A DNA stretch of 64,000 nt from Lama glama. Its lineage: Eukaryota. Position 1 is the first letter of the stretch; the number at the start of each line of letters is the position of its first letter. A program made the position numbers and the translations under genes. The notes beneath the pieces are model-generated. The model had not been told where the DNA came from, made no database searches, and saw only the letters and a list, made by a program, of their open reading frames with translations. Positions 1-12,394 of this stretch are shown here, piece after piece. The stretch lies in the NCBI GenBank assembly GCA_028534125.1, contig CM052817.1, positions 98,148,001-98,212,000 of the forward strand, written 5' to 3'.

Positions 1-289
1 ATTCTAATATGCTGCCAAGATTGTTTAGGGGAAATTCAAGGAGGTTTAATCCCATGGTCATGGGAAACGCCTGCAAGTAGTCCCTTCCTAACCTTTGCTC
101 ATCACAGAAGAATTAAGTGTTGGCTTTGTCACTGATACCAAGTCTCAAAACTTTAACCGAAGTTCTTTTTTACCATCTTCTGCTCACCTCAAGACCACAA
201 ATCACTTAGCTCTTGCTAAACTTTCTGCTGAGCCTAGAGTCCTTCTCGAAACCCCTACCCTAAGGCTGAACTAAGTTTGCGTTTCAGAC

Positions 290-350
290 AATATCTGAGA
301 GTCGCTGATGTTGTTTGTCCAGGAGCCAAACTTTGACAACTACTGCTCTA
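290..350 (+). mobile_element. MER5A-like hAT-Charlie DNA transposon terminal fragment
   Basis: gctgatgttgtttgtccaggagccaaactttgacaactactgctcta resembles the recalled MER5A terminus (gctgatgctgctggtcc...cacactttgagaaccactg); boundaries approximate. Confidence 0.5.
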
Positions 351-659
351 TGGAATGCTGGACTGGATTCTTCAAATCGCTTGTAACTGAATCTGCTTCT
401 TTCTGCACATGACGTGCTAATTGCCCCCACTCTAGTGAATAGGCCCACTGATTTCCAGCATCTGCTGGTCTACCTTGTCTTACGTACTTTGTATTTCTAT
501 ATCTAGCTCTAGGACAAGATAGCCGTACACCTTTGCAAACAGAATGCAGTCTCAGCGTTTCAGTAGCTGGATCAACGATGCTGTTGTAGATTTCCACTTG
601 TCAATGAGCACTGTATGCAAAGCATGTCCAAACAAAAATGCAAAACTACACGAGAAGGA

Positions 660-934
660 GACTTCCCCCCTTTGTCTGTTGCCCTTTGTCTAGCCTCCTT
701 CTTCCTACTGGAACGAACACATGATGCCTTCTAAGTTCAATAACCACCTTGCGACCAAAAAGATATAAGGAAGTTAGAAGGAGCCCAGGTTTTGACAGGA
801 TCTTGGAACAATCAAACCAGCCCTGAAATGCCTACCACTGAACTTCCTGTTACATGAGATGGATAATCTCCAATTTTATTCATCTCATTGTTCATCAAGT
901 TTTTATAACAGCCAAATTCAGTCCAACTTGATAC
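660..934 (+). mobile_element. old MLT1-type (ERVL-MaLR) LTR, 3' part
   Basis: gaacttcctgttacatgaga ... tataacagccaaa ... aacttgatac resembles the 3' end of MLT1 LTRs. Confidence 0.55.
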
Positions 935-1173
935 GTATGCTGAATTCTTAAATTACCCTTTGAGCTATTAAACCGCTTCTTTGAACATCAACTTGTCAAT
1001 AATGACTTAGGGCTCTTGCTTGATGATATTACCAACTATCTCTGCTCACCAGGCTACAGGGATATTTACATGTAGAAGCTGAGGGAAAATATTTTCCCCT
1101 ACTCTCCATTGTCCCAACTATCAACATCTGCCACTTGAAGAAGCAGTCCTGGAAGCTCGGCAATCCTGGGAGT

Positions 1174-1771
1174 TGTTACCCGAAAATAGGTTCCTGTCTA
1201 GCACAGGAAAGAATTCAACAGCGAGATATAGTAAAGTGAAAGCAAGTTTATGTAGGGAGATGTACACTCCATACACAGAGTGCAGTCTGTCACTCAGAGG
1301 GGAAAACGGCTTATGAGATACACATTCTATAGGCAGAACGCAGGCCATCTCAAAAGGAGAGGGGTGGAAGCGAAGGAGAGAGAGTGTCCATGAGGTGTGA
1401 GGAAGTTTAGTTTAAAGTAAAAGCAGGTACACACTCCATGGACAGAGTGGAAGTCATCTCAGAAAGCAAAAGAGAGCAGCCATGAGGTGAGAGGTTGTCA
1501 GTTTTAATGGGCTCAGTAAATTCATATGCTAATGAGGAGGAGGATTATTTCAATTACTTTGAGGAGGAGATGGGATTTCCAGGAATTGGACCCCACCCAC
1601 TTTTTGACCTTTTATGGTCCGCCTGGGAACTGTCATGTTGCCTGTGGGTGCACCATGAGGCTCAAGGTCTACTGGAGGTCGAATCTTCTGCCGTAATGGT
1701 TCTAATCAGTTTGTCCTCCATTGCTGTTATTCCTTCAGTGATTATGCCCTGCCCTCTTCCCTCCTTTCTCA
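1174..1771 (-). mobile_element. solo ERV LTR
   Basis: TG...CA termini (minus strand tgagaaaggaggg...ggtaaca); near-perfect 5-bp flanking duplication GGAGT/GTAGT; three internal copies of an acactccat..cagagtg-like unit; degenerate poly(A) signal near 1246-1251 on the minus strand. Confidence 0.75.
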
Positions 1772-3667
1772 GTAGTTTAGAGTTTGCTTGCTCATGATAG
1801 ACAACATTCTTTTGGCCAATTCTGCCTTCTCTCTCTCTCCTCACCTATGTGCAGCCCCGTTTTGGGTGTGTGGGGCAGGATTCTGCTGCATTTCTAGCGG
1901 GTAGCTACAGGTGGGAGTTTCATCCCATCGGTCACCCGTGTACATGGGTGGAAGCTGTTCCTTGACTTCTGTGGTAAAAAGATATACTTCCGACTCTCCC
2001 CTTGGTTCAGGAGCTAGTATGGTCTCGTTCAGATTTTTGGAGCCTGAGCACTGCCCAATACTCTACTCTGGGCCTTCCAGAGGGCTCAGGGAAAAAAGAC
2101 AGTCACTTCGGAGAGGTCGCCAGAATGAAAGGAAGGTAACACCCCCTCTGGCCCAGGGCTTTCTGATTGTCCTTTTAAAGCCTTCTTTGAGTCATAAAGG
2201 AACAAATATCGCCCACGGCCACTGAATATGCAGCAACTAGATCTATCTAAACCAACGAGCATAACAAAAGGCAAGTATGGAAGCACATAACCTTGCTGGT
2301 TAGGCTATTAACCAAGAAGGGCTTAGTGTATCAAGGGCGGGAAATAGTAGTGCTTTAGTTTGAGAAGAGTTGCTCATAAACTTGCCAAGATAAAGATCCT
2401 TCGTCCAAGGCCTGCTTGCTTCCTAGCTGCTTTCTGGTTGACAATACAACATGCATGGAACCGCATCTTGTGGTCTCCTACCTGCTAAGCCCAGAAATTT
2501 ACATTAAATGAAAATGTCTGTTAAAATGCATTTTAGTTTATGGTGGCTGAACTTTTGCAGTCTCCTGCACCAAGCAATTCTGGAATACTTGATGACTTCA
2601 CTCTTTTCATAATTTTGTGGCTGCATGTTAGCGTTTTGAGCTTAAAAAACACAGATTAATTCTAGTGTTTGTATCACCCATTTCTTAACAAAAAGCAGCA
2701 CATTTCTTCCAAAAAAAAAAAAAGTATTACACAATTCCCTAAATCCAAACTTATTTCTAGTGCTTGTCCAGGCCAGATACAAAAACATTCCAATGGAAGC
2801 CAATCACTTTTGGTGGCATTCTTTACATTTTGAATTCCTTGCTTTATCCCTGTAACTTCAATAGTTTCATTATTAAGTCAAAATGAAGGCCTTGGCAGCA
2901 AAGTCCTTTGAATGATGAACAAAGCAGGTTAATTGGACCCGTGCTAACTTTTCTTAAGTCACAAATTCTCATGAGTAAAAGAAATGGAAACCTCATAATG
3001 CAAGAAGGAGAATGACATTGTTTTTATGTTCCCAGATGAATAAGCTAGGCTAAGAAAAAGTATCGTTCATGGAAAATCTCTAACAATAGTGAAACGTTTT
3101 TTCCAAGAAGATTGGCTCCATGCCTGAGTGTCTACCCCTGATGGCCACCACAGCGTCATCAGCATTTTTATGCAACATTCTGTCCTCCCCTCTTTTCCCC
3201 TGTGGTGGTGGACTCTTGTCCTCCGGTCCTTCTTGCCCTGCTTTTGGAGAGGAAGAGGATTTTTCCGTGATCCCAGTGAGATAAGGCTGTCTTTCAATGA
3301 TCATCACAGACATTTTCCTTCCACTTCCCAGATTACCTCTGGCACTTCCTGAGCCAGCTTCTCCCACTGTGCAGCCTGCTCGCAGGATAAATTCCCTGCC
3401 ATCAGTTGCTGTGTGGGCAGGAAATGAAACTAATTTTAACCTTAGCTTAGCCAAACCATTATTAGAATCCTTCAACCCCAGAAAATAAATCATGCAGTAG
3501 AGGCAAAAAGCAAGTAGGAAAGACGTCTGGGGGAAGCATGGGGCTCTCTGGTGTTGGGGCTTATTCTAATCTCTGACTCTCTCCATGAACACCAGTCATT
3601 GAGAGCAGTCGATAGCTTTGCATATGTATTATTCTAAAGCACATGTCAGACAGACAATATTTATCTG

Positions 3668-3735
3668 GGTCAGTGAGCTCAGTTGGTGTGGAGCTAATAA
3701 GGCCAAAAGCATGGGTTCTTTCCCCATAGAAACCA
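3668..3735 (+). pseudogene. degenerate tRNA-Ile(AAT)-derived relic
   Basis: ggtcagtgagctcagttgg-tgtggagctaataaggccaa..atgggttctttccccata..cca aligns by eye to mammalian tRNA-Ile-AAT; the D-arm has a deletion and the B-box is mutated. Confidence 0.65.
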
Positions 3736-4169
3736 GGAAAATGAACTCAGAGAGAAAAACCAACCTATTCTACATTCACAAGTTGTACCCCTAAACCTGG
3801 CCAGACATCTCACAAGCGCATGCTGTGGGTAGCAAGTGGGGTGGGGGTGGGTGAGGGAAAAATGTGCTAACTGGAAACAAGTCCTATGCAAGTGTTCTAG
3901 AGTTGACTCAAAGCTGAGGTCCTTCAGGAAGCAGATCAGGATTGTGATTAATTAGAAGGGTTGGAATTCATATGCCAGACAATACAGGTGTATAGGTACA
4001 TGTCACTGCCACTTACTACAGAAAACTGTAAAATACTGTTAAAAATGTACACATTGTTCTAAAGAATTGATCATGAGTTTTTGATGGTTTTCACTATTCT
4101 CAGGGTTTATCTCTTACATGTGAATCTGCTTCTTGTCCATGTAGGAAGACACTGTGCAGAAAAATCATC

Positions 4170-4550
4170 TACTTTGGAGTCAGAGACCTGAGAGCAAGTC
4201 CTGCCTGCATCATTTACTTCTTGCATAGCCTTGGACAAGATAGACTCTCTGAACCGTTTCCTTATAGTGCCTCTCTCGGTCCCTCATCGCGGGAGACAGC
4301 CCGCACTCTGTCTATGGAGTGTGTATTCACTTTTACTTGAAGCTGAGTGCCCACCCCCCACACCTCGTGGCCTTTCTCTCACCTTCTGAAACAGCCTACA
4401 TTCTATGCAGTATGTATCTCTCTAAATAAATCTACCTTTACCCCCCCCCCAAAAAAAAACTTCCTCATTTGCAAGAGAGCTATTGGGAGGATTCAGGGCA
4501 ATGAGGTCTGTAAAACTATGAACTTTGTGCCTGGGACATCGTGAACTCCG
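4170..4550 (+). mobile_element. MIR SINE split by a tailed LTR fragment
   Basis: actttggagtcagagacctg...ccttggacaag...ctctctgaaccgtttcct, resuming after 4460 as ttcctcatttgcaa...gggaggatt...gtgcctgggacat. Confidence 0.7.
4268..4459 (+). mobile_element. poly(A)-tailed fragment of an ERV LTR related to the LTR at 1174-1771
   Basis: shares cactctgtc.atggagtgtgta, cttttactt.aa and cacacctc.tgg with the reverse complement of 1250-1480; AATAAA at 4425-4430, then C10 and A9. Confidence 0.75.
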
Positions 4551-6197
4551 CACCAACAGGGATATGTGCTTCTCGTACATCACAGGATAGCATTTGAAAG
4601 ATGAGCTGAGTGGTGTCAGGTTCATGATAGGAAATCAGTAAAGATTAGTCCACATCCTTCTTCCCTTGTTTGACCAGTGTCTGCTGGTTTTCTGCAAGTG
4701 TCTCCCTTTCTTCGTTGTGCTGTGTTTCTTTCTCTTTGTGAGTCAGTCTCTGTCCCTGTCCAGGGCCTTCCTACTCCATGATTTCACAGAACAGGTGCCT
4801 ACACGTCCCGCTGTCACCTTCTCCACTGCCTGGCCCCCCACATGCCTTCATTCCTGCAGTGATTTTTATCTCAAGGTCCTCTTTTCAGAGCAGCCGCCTT
4901 GCTATTTAACATTCTCTGGGGCTCACTCATTCGAAGATTTATTTATCCATCCAAACAATATATATTAGTGGTCTTGTTCAGGTCTTGCCAGGTGTGAAGC
5001 ATATATTTGGAAAGTATAGGCTGCTTCATTTCCAGAAGGTTAAAAACTTGCCTCTCAGTAGAACTTTTATTTGTTCAAGAGCTGGATTCTATATTGGCAC
5101 CACATTCAACTTAGGTGAGTTAATTTTTTCTCCCTTTTCTCCCCTCTAAATGACATTGACAGTGAGCTTAATGAAAATAAATTGGTGGGCATGGAAGAAA
5201 TTTATAATGAGCCTTAACTTTAGTCTCACATGGCCTGTTTCTCAAAGTTCAGTGTTTGTGCAGGGCGCTGATGCTGCTACGGATGTGACAGAAGTGGCAG
5301 AAATACCCGGACTGAATTCTCCCGTGTGCTTCTAAGGCAGTGCTTTGGTTCACCTTCCAAGCTACTAAGGAAGAAAAATCTCATTTGCCTTCCTTTGATA
5401 CTTGAAATAGAAGGTGTCAGAGATCACGTCAACTCTGCCATGGGAAACAGGTTCCTTTTTAATATTCAAGAAAATGCATCTGTGCGTAGAGTCAAAGGCC
5501 TTCCAAAAAAATCCCACGAGAGCAGCCCACGATTCAAGTAACTTTGCCCGGTTTCTCCTTGTTCACTCCCAGCTGGCTCTGAGGACAGAGCCATTCTCAC
5601 TCTTTATTTTCTTCCCCCTTTGTGCATGATGCACCATAGTCAGATTAGCCATCTTCTGCTTTTGATTCGAGTATTGACCTATTTGTCCCCAACTGTGATT
5701 TTTCTGTACATTGTGAACTTTGATGACCCACTCATACCCTTGTAGATATATCTGACCTGCATTTGTATTTCGTGTTAGTTTTGAAACCTATTGGTGAGAG
5801 TCACAGAGAGACAAGATGTTGGCTGCAAGGATCTCTGTATGGAAGGCCCAGTCACAAGAACAGAGATCAATAAACTTCATTCTTCTACAGCGAAATCCCT
5901 GCAGAAGTATATATTTCTTTGAAGTCACTCTTGAATATGTTCTCCATTAGGGTCTAAGACAGATTACCCCTCACCCATTTCTTCATAATGTTGTCCTCCA
6001 ATGCAAGCATCAGTCTCAAGGAATTTTTTTCTCAGTTGTCTTCCAAAGAATTCTTCTGAAAACTGAGAGCTGAAACATGGGGAGGAGGCAGTCTTTGGTA
6101 TGGGCTGTGAGGCCGAGGGGGGGAGGTTACAGCTGAGGAGGGGATGTTGCACTGTTTTCTCACCGCTCTGCACTAAGGGTGGAAGACAAACGGTCAA

Positions 6198-6330
6198 GTT
6201 TATTCATTCCTTAAACTAACGCATTGAGCACTTGTAGATATAACTAAACACTCAAGACACAGAGATGAAGAAGACATTGTCCCTGCCCATCATCTATCAC
6301 AGAGACACAGACAGATACACAAACAGGTCA
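6198..6330 (-). mobile_element. L2 LINE 3' end fragment
   Basis: tttattcattc...attgagcactt...gacacagagatgaagaagacattgtccctgccc is the typical reverse-complemented L2 3' end. Confidence 0.6.
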
Positions 6331-8130
6331 CATAAGACAGAAAGGTTAATTTACAGATAATTGACATTTTTAACACTTCATTTCCTTATTATGTGCTTTT
6401 CAATACTATTGAAATATTATACCTTTTGGGGTAGAGTTAGCATCACAAGTCTCCTACGTCTCATTATATCTTCTACCCACACTAGCTTCCCCTACCCACT
6501 TTCTGTTTTTAATTTCCTGTCTCTCCCCTAAGCCTCGGGCCCTCAATCAGTCAGTTTCATCTAGTGTCCCTTTGATAAGCTGCAGGGGCAGCGTTATAAT
6601 TTTCAGTTTGCCGCTGGCCCCCAGGTCGCTGACTAAATATACTAAGACGTAAAGATCACTTGCAATGCTGTTGGTTGAATCACCAATAAAATTATGCACT
6701 GGGATATACTTGAATTGATGGCAAACATTGAATATTTTTATTGATACAGTCCCTTGAGTCAAGGACTCAAATTTTAAAACCAAATACACTTACAAGGAGG
6801 GTTATTAATAGTGTATTTATTCATTAATTCAAGCTGCCTTCGCAATTTTTTTCAAAAACCCATAGGAGCCAGAATACCAAGTATATTCCTTAAAAGGATT
6901 GTTTTTTATTTTTTTAACCACTACAGAATGTAAAGGATCTCAATGAGTCAAACTCATGAATTTTCATAAAGTTGGATGTGTGTTTTCTCCCATAGAATAT
7001 CAAGACCTGACAAGTCATTTTTCTCTTCCCTTTCTCTGTACAAAATGAACTTATTAACAGTGATTACAATGATCAGAAGTGAGGTGTTTAACAGAGCTGA
7101 CATTTAGACACTCGTAATTAGGCTTGAAAGTTACCATATTATTGAGATGGATAGAAGTGACTGTCATTTTCCTCTTGTTCCAGTGGGCGCAGATCTGTGG
7201 GCAATTGTGTATTATTACCAGAGGGAAGCTAAGAAGTCCATAAAGTTTAAAATAGGACCTGGTAGGAATCACACAAAGGGCCAACCATTTTCAAAATCAA
7301 AGAGCCCTCTCTGGAGCCCTCTCTGATTTGTGCTGTCTCTGTACAAGGTGGAAATTATTCTTTGCCTGTGAACCAACTACATGTGTTTGTGTGTCTGTAT
7401 TTTTCCCTTTACCCCCTTTAGTTATATCAGTCTCTGTATTTGCATCTATTTTTGTCTTTCCTTCAGCCTCTAGAAGAGACTGATTCTTGCTAAGGTGTTA
7501 CTATGTAAGGAGTATTTCTGTGTGTTCCTTCTGTGTACCAAAATCCGAAGAGTAATTTTCAGCTGTGGCCCATGGTTTAAGCACCTATCTGTAAAAATAA
7601 TAGAATGAGTCTTTACTAAATCTTCAACCACAGAGAGATAGCTGTGGAATGAGAACTCCATACACCTTACTTAGGTTTAATTACAAATGAAGCCTGGTTC
7701 TAATTTCAACAGCCAGTCCAACCCTTCCTTCAGTTGGTGACATTCTGAGGTAAATTTGGCTAAAGAGATTGACTTTATTCTCTTTAAGGTTGAATCCTCT
7801 TCTTTGATTTTTCTGGCATTGCTTTGCCCCTGCATTAAAACATAAGTTCTATAAGGCAGGACTTCTGTTTTGTTTACTTTGGAACTTCCTGTCCCTGGAT
7901 GGTGCTAAATCTTGCTACTATTATGTGAACTGTCCCTCTGTGTCTACGACGGTAGTAACTCTGGACTAGTCTGTGTAATTGTTGCTTGTGTCTTTTTATG
8001 TAGCCAACAAAGGAATTTATAAATATGAATTAAATATATATATATAGGCACATATATGCCTAGCATATCACTCTTTCCTTTTTACTAACATTCCAATACT
8101 GTGTTTATTCTAACTTTAAGAAGGAATTCA

Positions 8131-8212
8131 GAGGGGTGGACGGTATAGCTCAGCGGTAGAGTATATGCTTAGCACACACAGGTCCTGGGTTCAATCCCCA
8201 ATACCTACAAAA
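8131..8212 (+). mobile_element. short tRNA-Ala-derived SINE (vic-1-like, camelid)
   Basis: A-box tagctcagcggtag, AGC anticodon-like loop gcttagcac, B-box gggttcaatcc, short A tail, exact 11-bp TSD aagaaggaatt at 8118-8128 and 8213-8223. Confidence 0.85.
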
Positions 8213-8269
8213 AAGAAGGAATTTATCTGGCATAGTAGGGAAATTTTTGACCTGAAAATAATTCCTACA

Positions 8270-8440
8270 ATTTAGCAGCTGATAGTATGGGGCAAGATAA
8301 TTTACTTTTCCGAGGTTGCATTTTCTCACTTGTTAAAATATAATGCCTATCCCACAAGTTGTGCAAGTTAAACATGATAATATACATGAAATGTATAGCA
8401 CAGCGTTTGGCATCTAGTACACGCTCAATAAATGTTATCA
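8270..8440 (+). mobile_element. MIR SINE
   Basis: gggcaagataatttac...ttttctcacttgttaaaata...aagttaaacatgataatatacatgaaa...acgctcaataaatgtta. Confidence 0.7.
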
Positions 8441-8982
8441 GAATGATGAAGTTCATCTCATTCTGTCTTTGAGACTGAGTTGCAAGGGCCGTGACAATTA
8501 CAAGGTTATGGAATTGCTTGGAGACAAATAGAGAAAGCCTGGCCAGGGTGACTGACTGTGAGATCTTGTGTGAATGACAAAGCCTAATCAGCCAGAGCAT
8601 AATTGAATTGCTTATTTTGGCTTTATTTAACAATCAGTTCTGCACAATTAGTCACTATCAATCTATTCAAAATTAATGGAGTGCCTGCTGGTGAAAGAGT
8701 GTTATGCAAGCTACGCCTTTATTATTTAAAATGCTACAGTGTGGTTTAAGGTAAATTCTAAAACAAGATGCCATCTCCAAAACCCAAGTTAAAATATTGC
8801 TGAAAAAAAAATTGATTGTATCAAAGCAAGAAAAGTGGCTTTGCATACCAATACCCTGGTCTCTGAGTTCTAGGCTTTATTTAAATACCACTTACTCCTA
8901 AGTCACTTTCTCAGGAATATAGGACTACATGGGCGTATGGAAAACAGGACTGGAATTATCTTTGCATATTTATTCATTGTAC

Positions 8983-9735
8983 TTATTTATTTATTTATTT
9001 TTTATTGAGGTATAGTCAGTTTACAAGGTTGTGTCAATTTCTGATGTATGGCATAATGTTTCAGTCATATATGTACACGCATATATTTGTTTTCATATTC
9101 TTTTTCATTATAGGTTACTACAAGATATTGAATATAGTTCCCTGTGCTATCCAGTATGAACTCGTTTATCTATTTTATATATAGTGGTTAGTATCTGCAA
9201 ATCTCCAACTCCTAATTTATCCTTTTCCACCCCCTTTTCCCCCTGGTAACCATAAGTTTGTTTTCTCTGTCTGTGAGTCTGTTTTTGTTTTGTAAATAAG
9301 TTCATTTGTGTATTTTTTTTTTAAGATTCCATATACAAGTGATATCATGTGGTATTTTTCTTTCTCTTTCTGGCTTACTTTACTTAGACTGACGATCTCC
9401 AGGTCCATCCATGTTGCTGCAAACGGTATTATTTCATTCTTTTTTATTGCTGAGTAGTATTTCATTGTATAAATATCCCACAGCTTCTTTATCCAGTCAT
9501 CTGTCAATGGACATTTAGGTTACTTCCATGTCTTGGCTATTGTAAATAGTGCTGCTATGAACACTGGGGTGAATGTATTTTTTTGAATAGAGTTTCCTCC
9601 ATATATATGCCCAGGAGTGGGACTGCTGGATCATATGGTAAGTCTATTTTTAGTCTTTTGAGGAATCTCCATACTGTCTTTCATAATGGCTGCAACTTCT
9701 CCAGCATTTATCATTAGTGGACTTTTTAATGATGC
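8983..9735 (-). mobile_element. 5'-truncated young L1 (ORF2 C-terminus plus 3' UTR)
   Basis: ORF 9217-9507 translates as L1 ORF2 C-terminal sequence (WIKKLWDIYTMKYYSAIKKNEIIPFAATWMDLE); (TTTA)n/T tail at about 8983-9004. Confidence 0.9.
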
Positions 9736-10317
9736 TGATGTGAAGTCTACAAACCTCTGAAAATTAAATGAAAAAAAATGCTGGAAAGTTACAGCTCCTC
9801 ACATGATGCACTACTAAGTTGTGTCCTACAACTTTGTGAGGTTCTAGGTAGATTACTTGGATTTGGCAGAAAGGGGTCCACATTTCCAAAGCTACCAGGC
9901 TGCTGGAGCTCACTGGTGGTCCCTTCCTACAAGCGTGCCTTTTCAGTTCACTGTGGTCCACCCCGGACCTATGTCTGCCTTTCTGGTGATATTCTTTGCC
10001 TCAAAGGCACTAGTTTTGGGGATTCTATATCTACTTTCTGAGAGTGGAACAAAGTAACTCTACCCATAATTCTTCTGAATTGCTTCTAAATAAATCATGT
10101 CTCTATGATTTGTTAAGGATTGAATGCATGAACTGGGGAAGACCAACACCTTATTTTATTCTACCTGTTGCTTGTATCTAGCCCTTTTAGATGCCTTATT
10201 TCTATCACTTACTTTTGCAATGTTGCTATCAGTTTATTAGCAGTTTTACTTGACAAATATTTGTATGGCACTGACTGTATGCTGAGCACAACCCTGAGAG
10301 TTTTACAACTGGTAACT

Positions 10318-10510
10318 CAGTGGTTCTCAATCAAGGGCAACATCTGCAAACAATTTTGGTTGTCACGATTCGAGAGGGGGTGTTGCTACTCCATCTAGTG
10401 GGTGAAAGAGAGGATGCTAAATATTCTGTAATGCACAGGACAGCCCCTCTCCCCAAACCAAAAAGTATCTGGCCAGAAATACCAATAGCATCAGTGTTGA
10501 AAAACCCTCT
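10318..10510 (+). mobile_element. MER20-like hAT-Charlie DNA transposon
   Basis: terminal cagtggttctcaa ... ttgaaaaaccct; internal ttttggttgtcac, gctactccatctagtgggt, aatgcacaggacagcccc. Confidence 0.8.
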
Positions 10511-10529
10511 AGCAATTTCTTATCTCTGT

Positions 10530-10690
10530 CACAGTCCTATAGAGTAGCTCCTATTCTTACCCTCACTTTACAGGTGAGGAAAGTGAGACACAGGTTTACT
10601 AAGTGGCTCAAGCTCACACGGTTGATGAATGGCAAGGCTGGTATGTAAGACCAAGTAGTCTGTGTATAAAATCCATGCTCTACCACCATC
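10530..10690 (-). mobile_element. MIR SINE
   Basis: actttacaggtgaggaaagtgagacacagg...aagtggctcaagctcacac is the reverse complement of the MIR core. Confidence 0.7.
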
Positions 10691-11689
10691 CCAGGTAACC
10701 TCTCTCTATTGTTTTTATACAAATTATTTTTACTATTTTGAAATCTCACTGGGAAAGATCACATTTCATCTCATCTCATTTCTTTACCTCCAGACCACAG
10801 AGCTTGGGTGATAACTGGCTTCGTTCGTGCTGTGCAGCCTATCAGTGGATGTCCTGTTATCCTACTGGAGTGGGTGTGTCAGATGCAAGGAAGTCACTCC
10901 TCCCCTAAACTGGCCTCAGATCACAGAACATCCTTAACACTACCCTGAAATCATTCAACCTTGTGGTCTCTTTATCCTCCTTTTCATGACTCCTAGCCTT
11001 TTGACTACTTTAGAGCTAATCTATGTATGTTTCAGAAGGTAGCTAATGGATAATGAAATTCAAATGAATCTATTCTGTGACAAAGCTGGCATCCCTGAAG
11101 AAGGTGTGAATACACAGGTTGGAAAAGTATGAATAAAATTAAAATCAGCCCACTATCTGCCCATTCTTTATAATAAGATTTCTTAGGTCCTCGTATTTCT
11201 TTTGATACTCTAAGTTAAATATGAGTGTATTCTTTAATCATTGCAAAAAACTGAATTGAAATTGCATAATAAATCCACCCTTATCTGAAAAAGTAAAGCA
11301 GAACTGGGTGTTCATGTCATCTCCTTGAGGTACTGTGTGGACATTCACTGAGAAAACACAGGATTTCCAAGCATGTATGAATCCTGTCAGAAAAGATCTG
11401 AAGGAAAATATATCAAAGTGTATGTTTCATAAAAGCTGCTCCTCAGTTTGCAAAACACTTGCTGTCCATCAAACAAAATGTGGGTGGACAGCCTTGCTCT
11501 CGGTAAATCAAAAACAGGAGTGGCACTTAGGTTCCTTCTAACTTTCCTCCACAGTGTTGGTTCCATATGATACTTTGTATCTGCCTGGGTCTTCTGATGC
11601 CATGTCGCGGATGGCCTGTGCTGTAGAGTTTCCCAGTGTGGCAGCTGGACCTGAATACAAGTGTCTTTTCTTTACAGCTCCCATTTCCA

Positions 11690-12030
11690 TGCAAATGTCA
11701 TTACCAACCTGGGCTTTGGGCATGGATGCTGAAGGACTAGGTATGCAGAGGAACAGAAAAGAGGAGAGGAAGGAAACTAATGAGAGGAAATGGGCCAAGG
11801 CTTGAGTCCTCCAGCACTCAGAAGGAAAAAGGGACCAGTAAAGAAGTAACGGAAGTCAATAGGATAGAAGAAAAACTAGGAGAATGCTGTCTTCCAAAGG
11901 CCACTGGGAGAAGTATGCCAAAGTAGAGGGAGTAATCAACTGTCAAATATTGCGGGAGAGAGTGAGAAAGATAGACTGGGGGTTGACAATTGGATTTGGC
12001 TGCGTGGAAACCACCGAGAACACTGACAAA
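11690..12030 (-). mobile_element. L2 LINE fragment
   Basis: purine-rich; agagggagtaatcaactgtcaaatattgc...gagaaagatagactg...attggatttggc is typical of L2. Confidence 0.6.
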
Positions 12031-12394
12031 AGAACCTGAGGACCTTCTCTGTTGTGGGAAAGATATTTCAGAACAAAATAGAGACTCAGGAACTGAGTTT
12101 AGGCATCCTGGCCAGGAAGGACCTCCTTTGCCATCCTGTATCTGAGATCAGCCCCTGCTCCTGGTGTCAGAGGTGATGCCAAGATAAGAGGGTTGCAGGA
12201 CTGGGCAGGACCAGGAGAGTTGTTTACCTGAGGTGGCCAGAAGCAAAGTAATTCATGGGGAGAACTAACTCCACGACTGGAAAACCAGACCTGAGCACCA
12301 GTAAGAAGTGCATCTGTGTGTAGATCTTCTCACCTCTGGTTCAAAGTGGTAAACTGCTTCCAGCCTTTGACTGCATCTGACATCACCTGCTCCA

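Noticed and set aside
340..597. 85-aa minus-strand ORF
   Set aside because: Non-ATG start, no recognisable domain, ends in a MER5-like fragment; its length is expected by chance.
1255..1480. Three spaced acactccat..cagagtg-like repeats that superficially resemble an array
   Set aside because: They are degenerate internal repeats of the LTR; not CRISPR (eukaryotic context, unequal units, no cas genes).
8131..8212. Functional tRNA-Ala gene
   Set aside because: It has a TSD and A tail, disrupted stems and no clear tRNA terminator, so it is a SINE.
9217..9507. ORFs with L1 ORF2 similarity (also 12996-13211, 19538-19720, 55664-55873) treated as genes
   Set aside because: They are fragments of truncated or decayed L1 copies, not host CDS.
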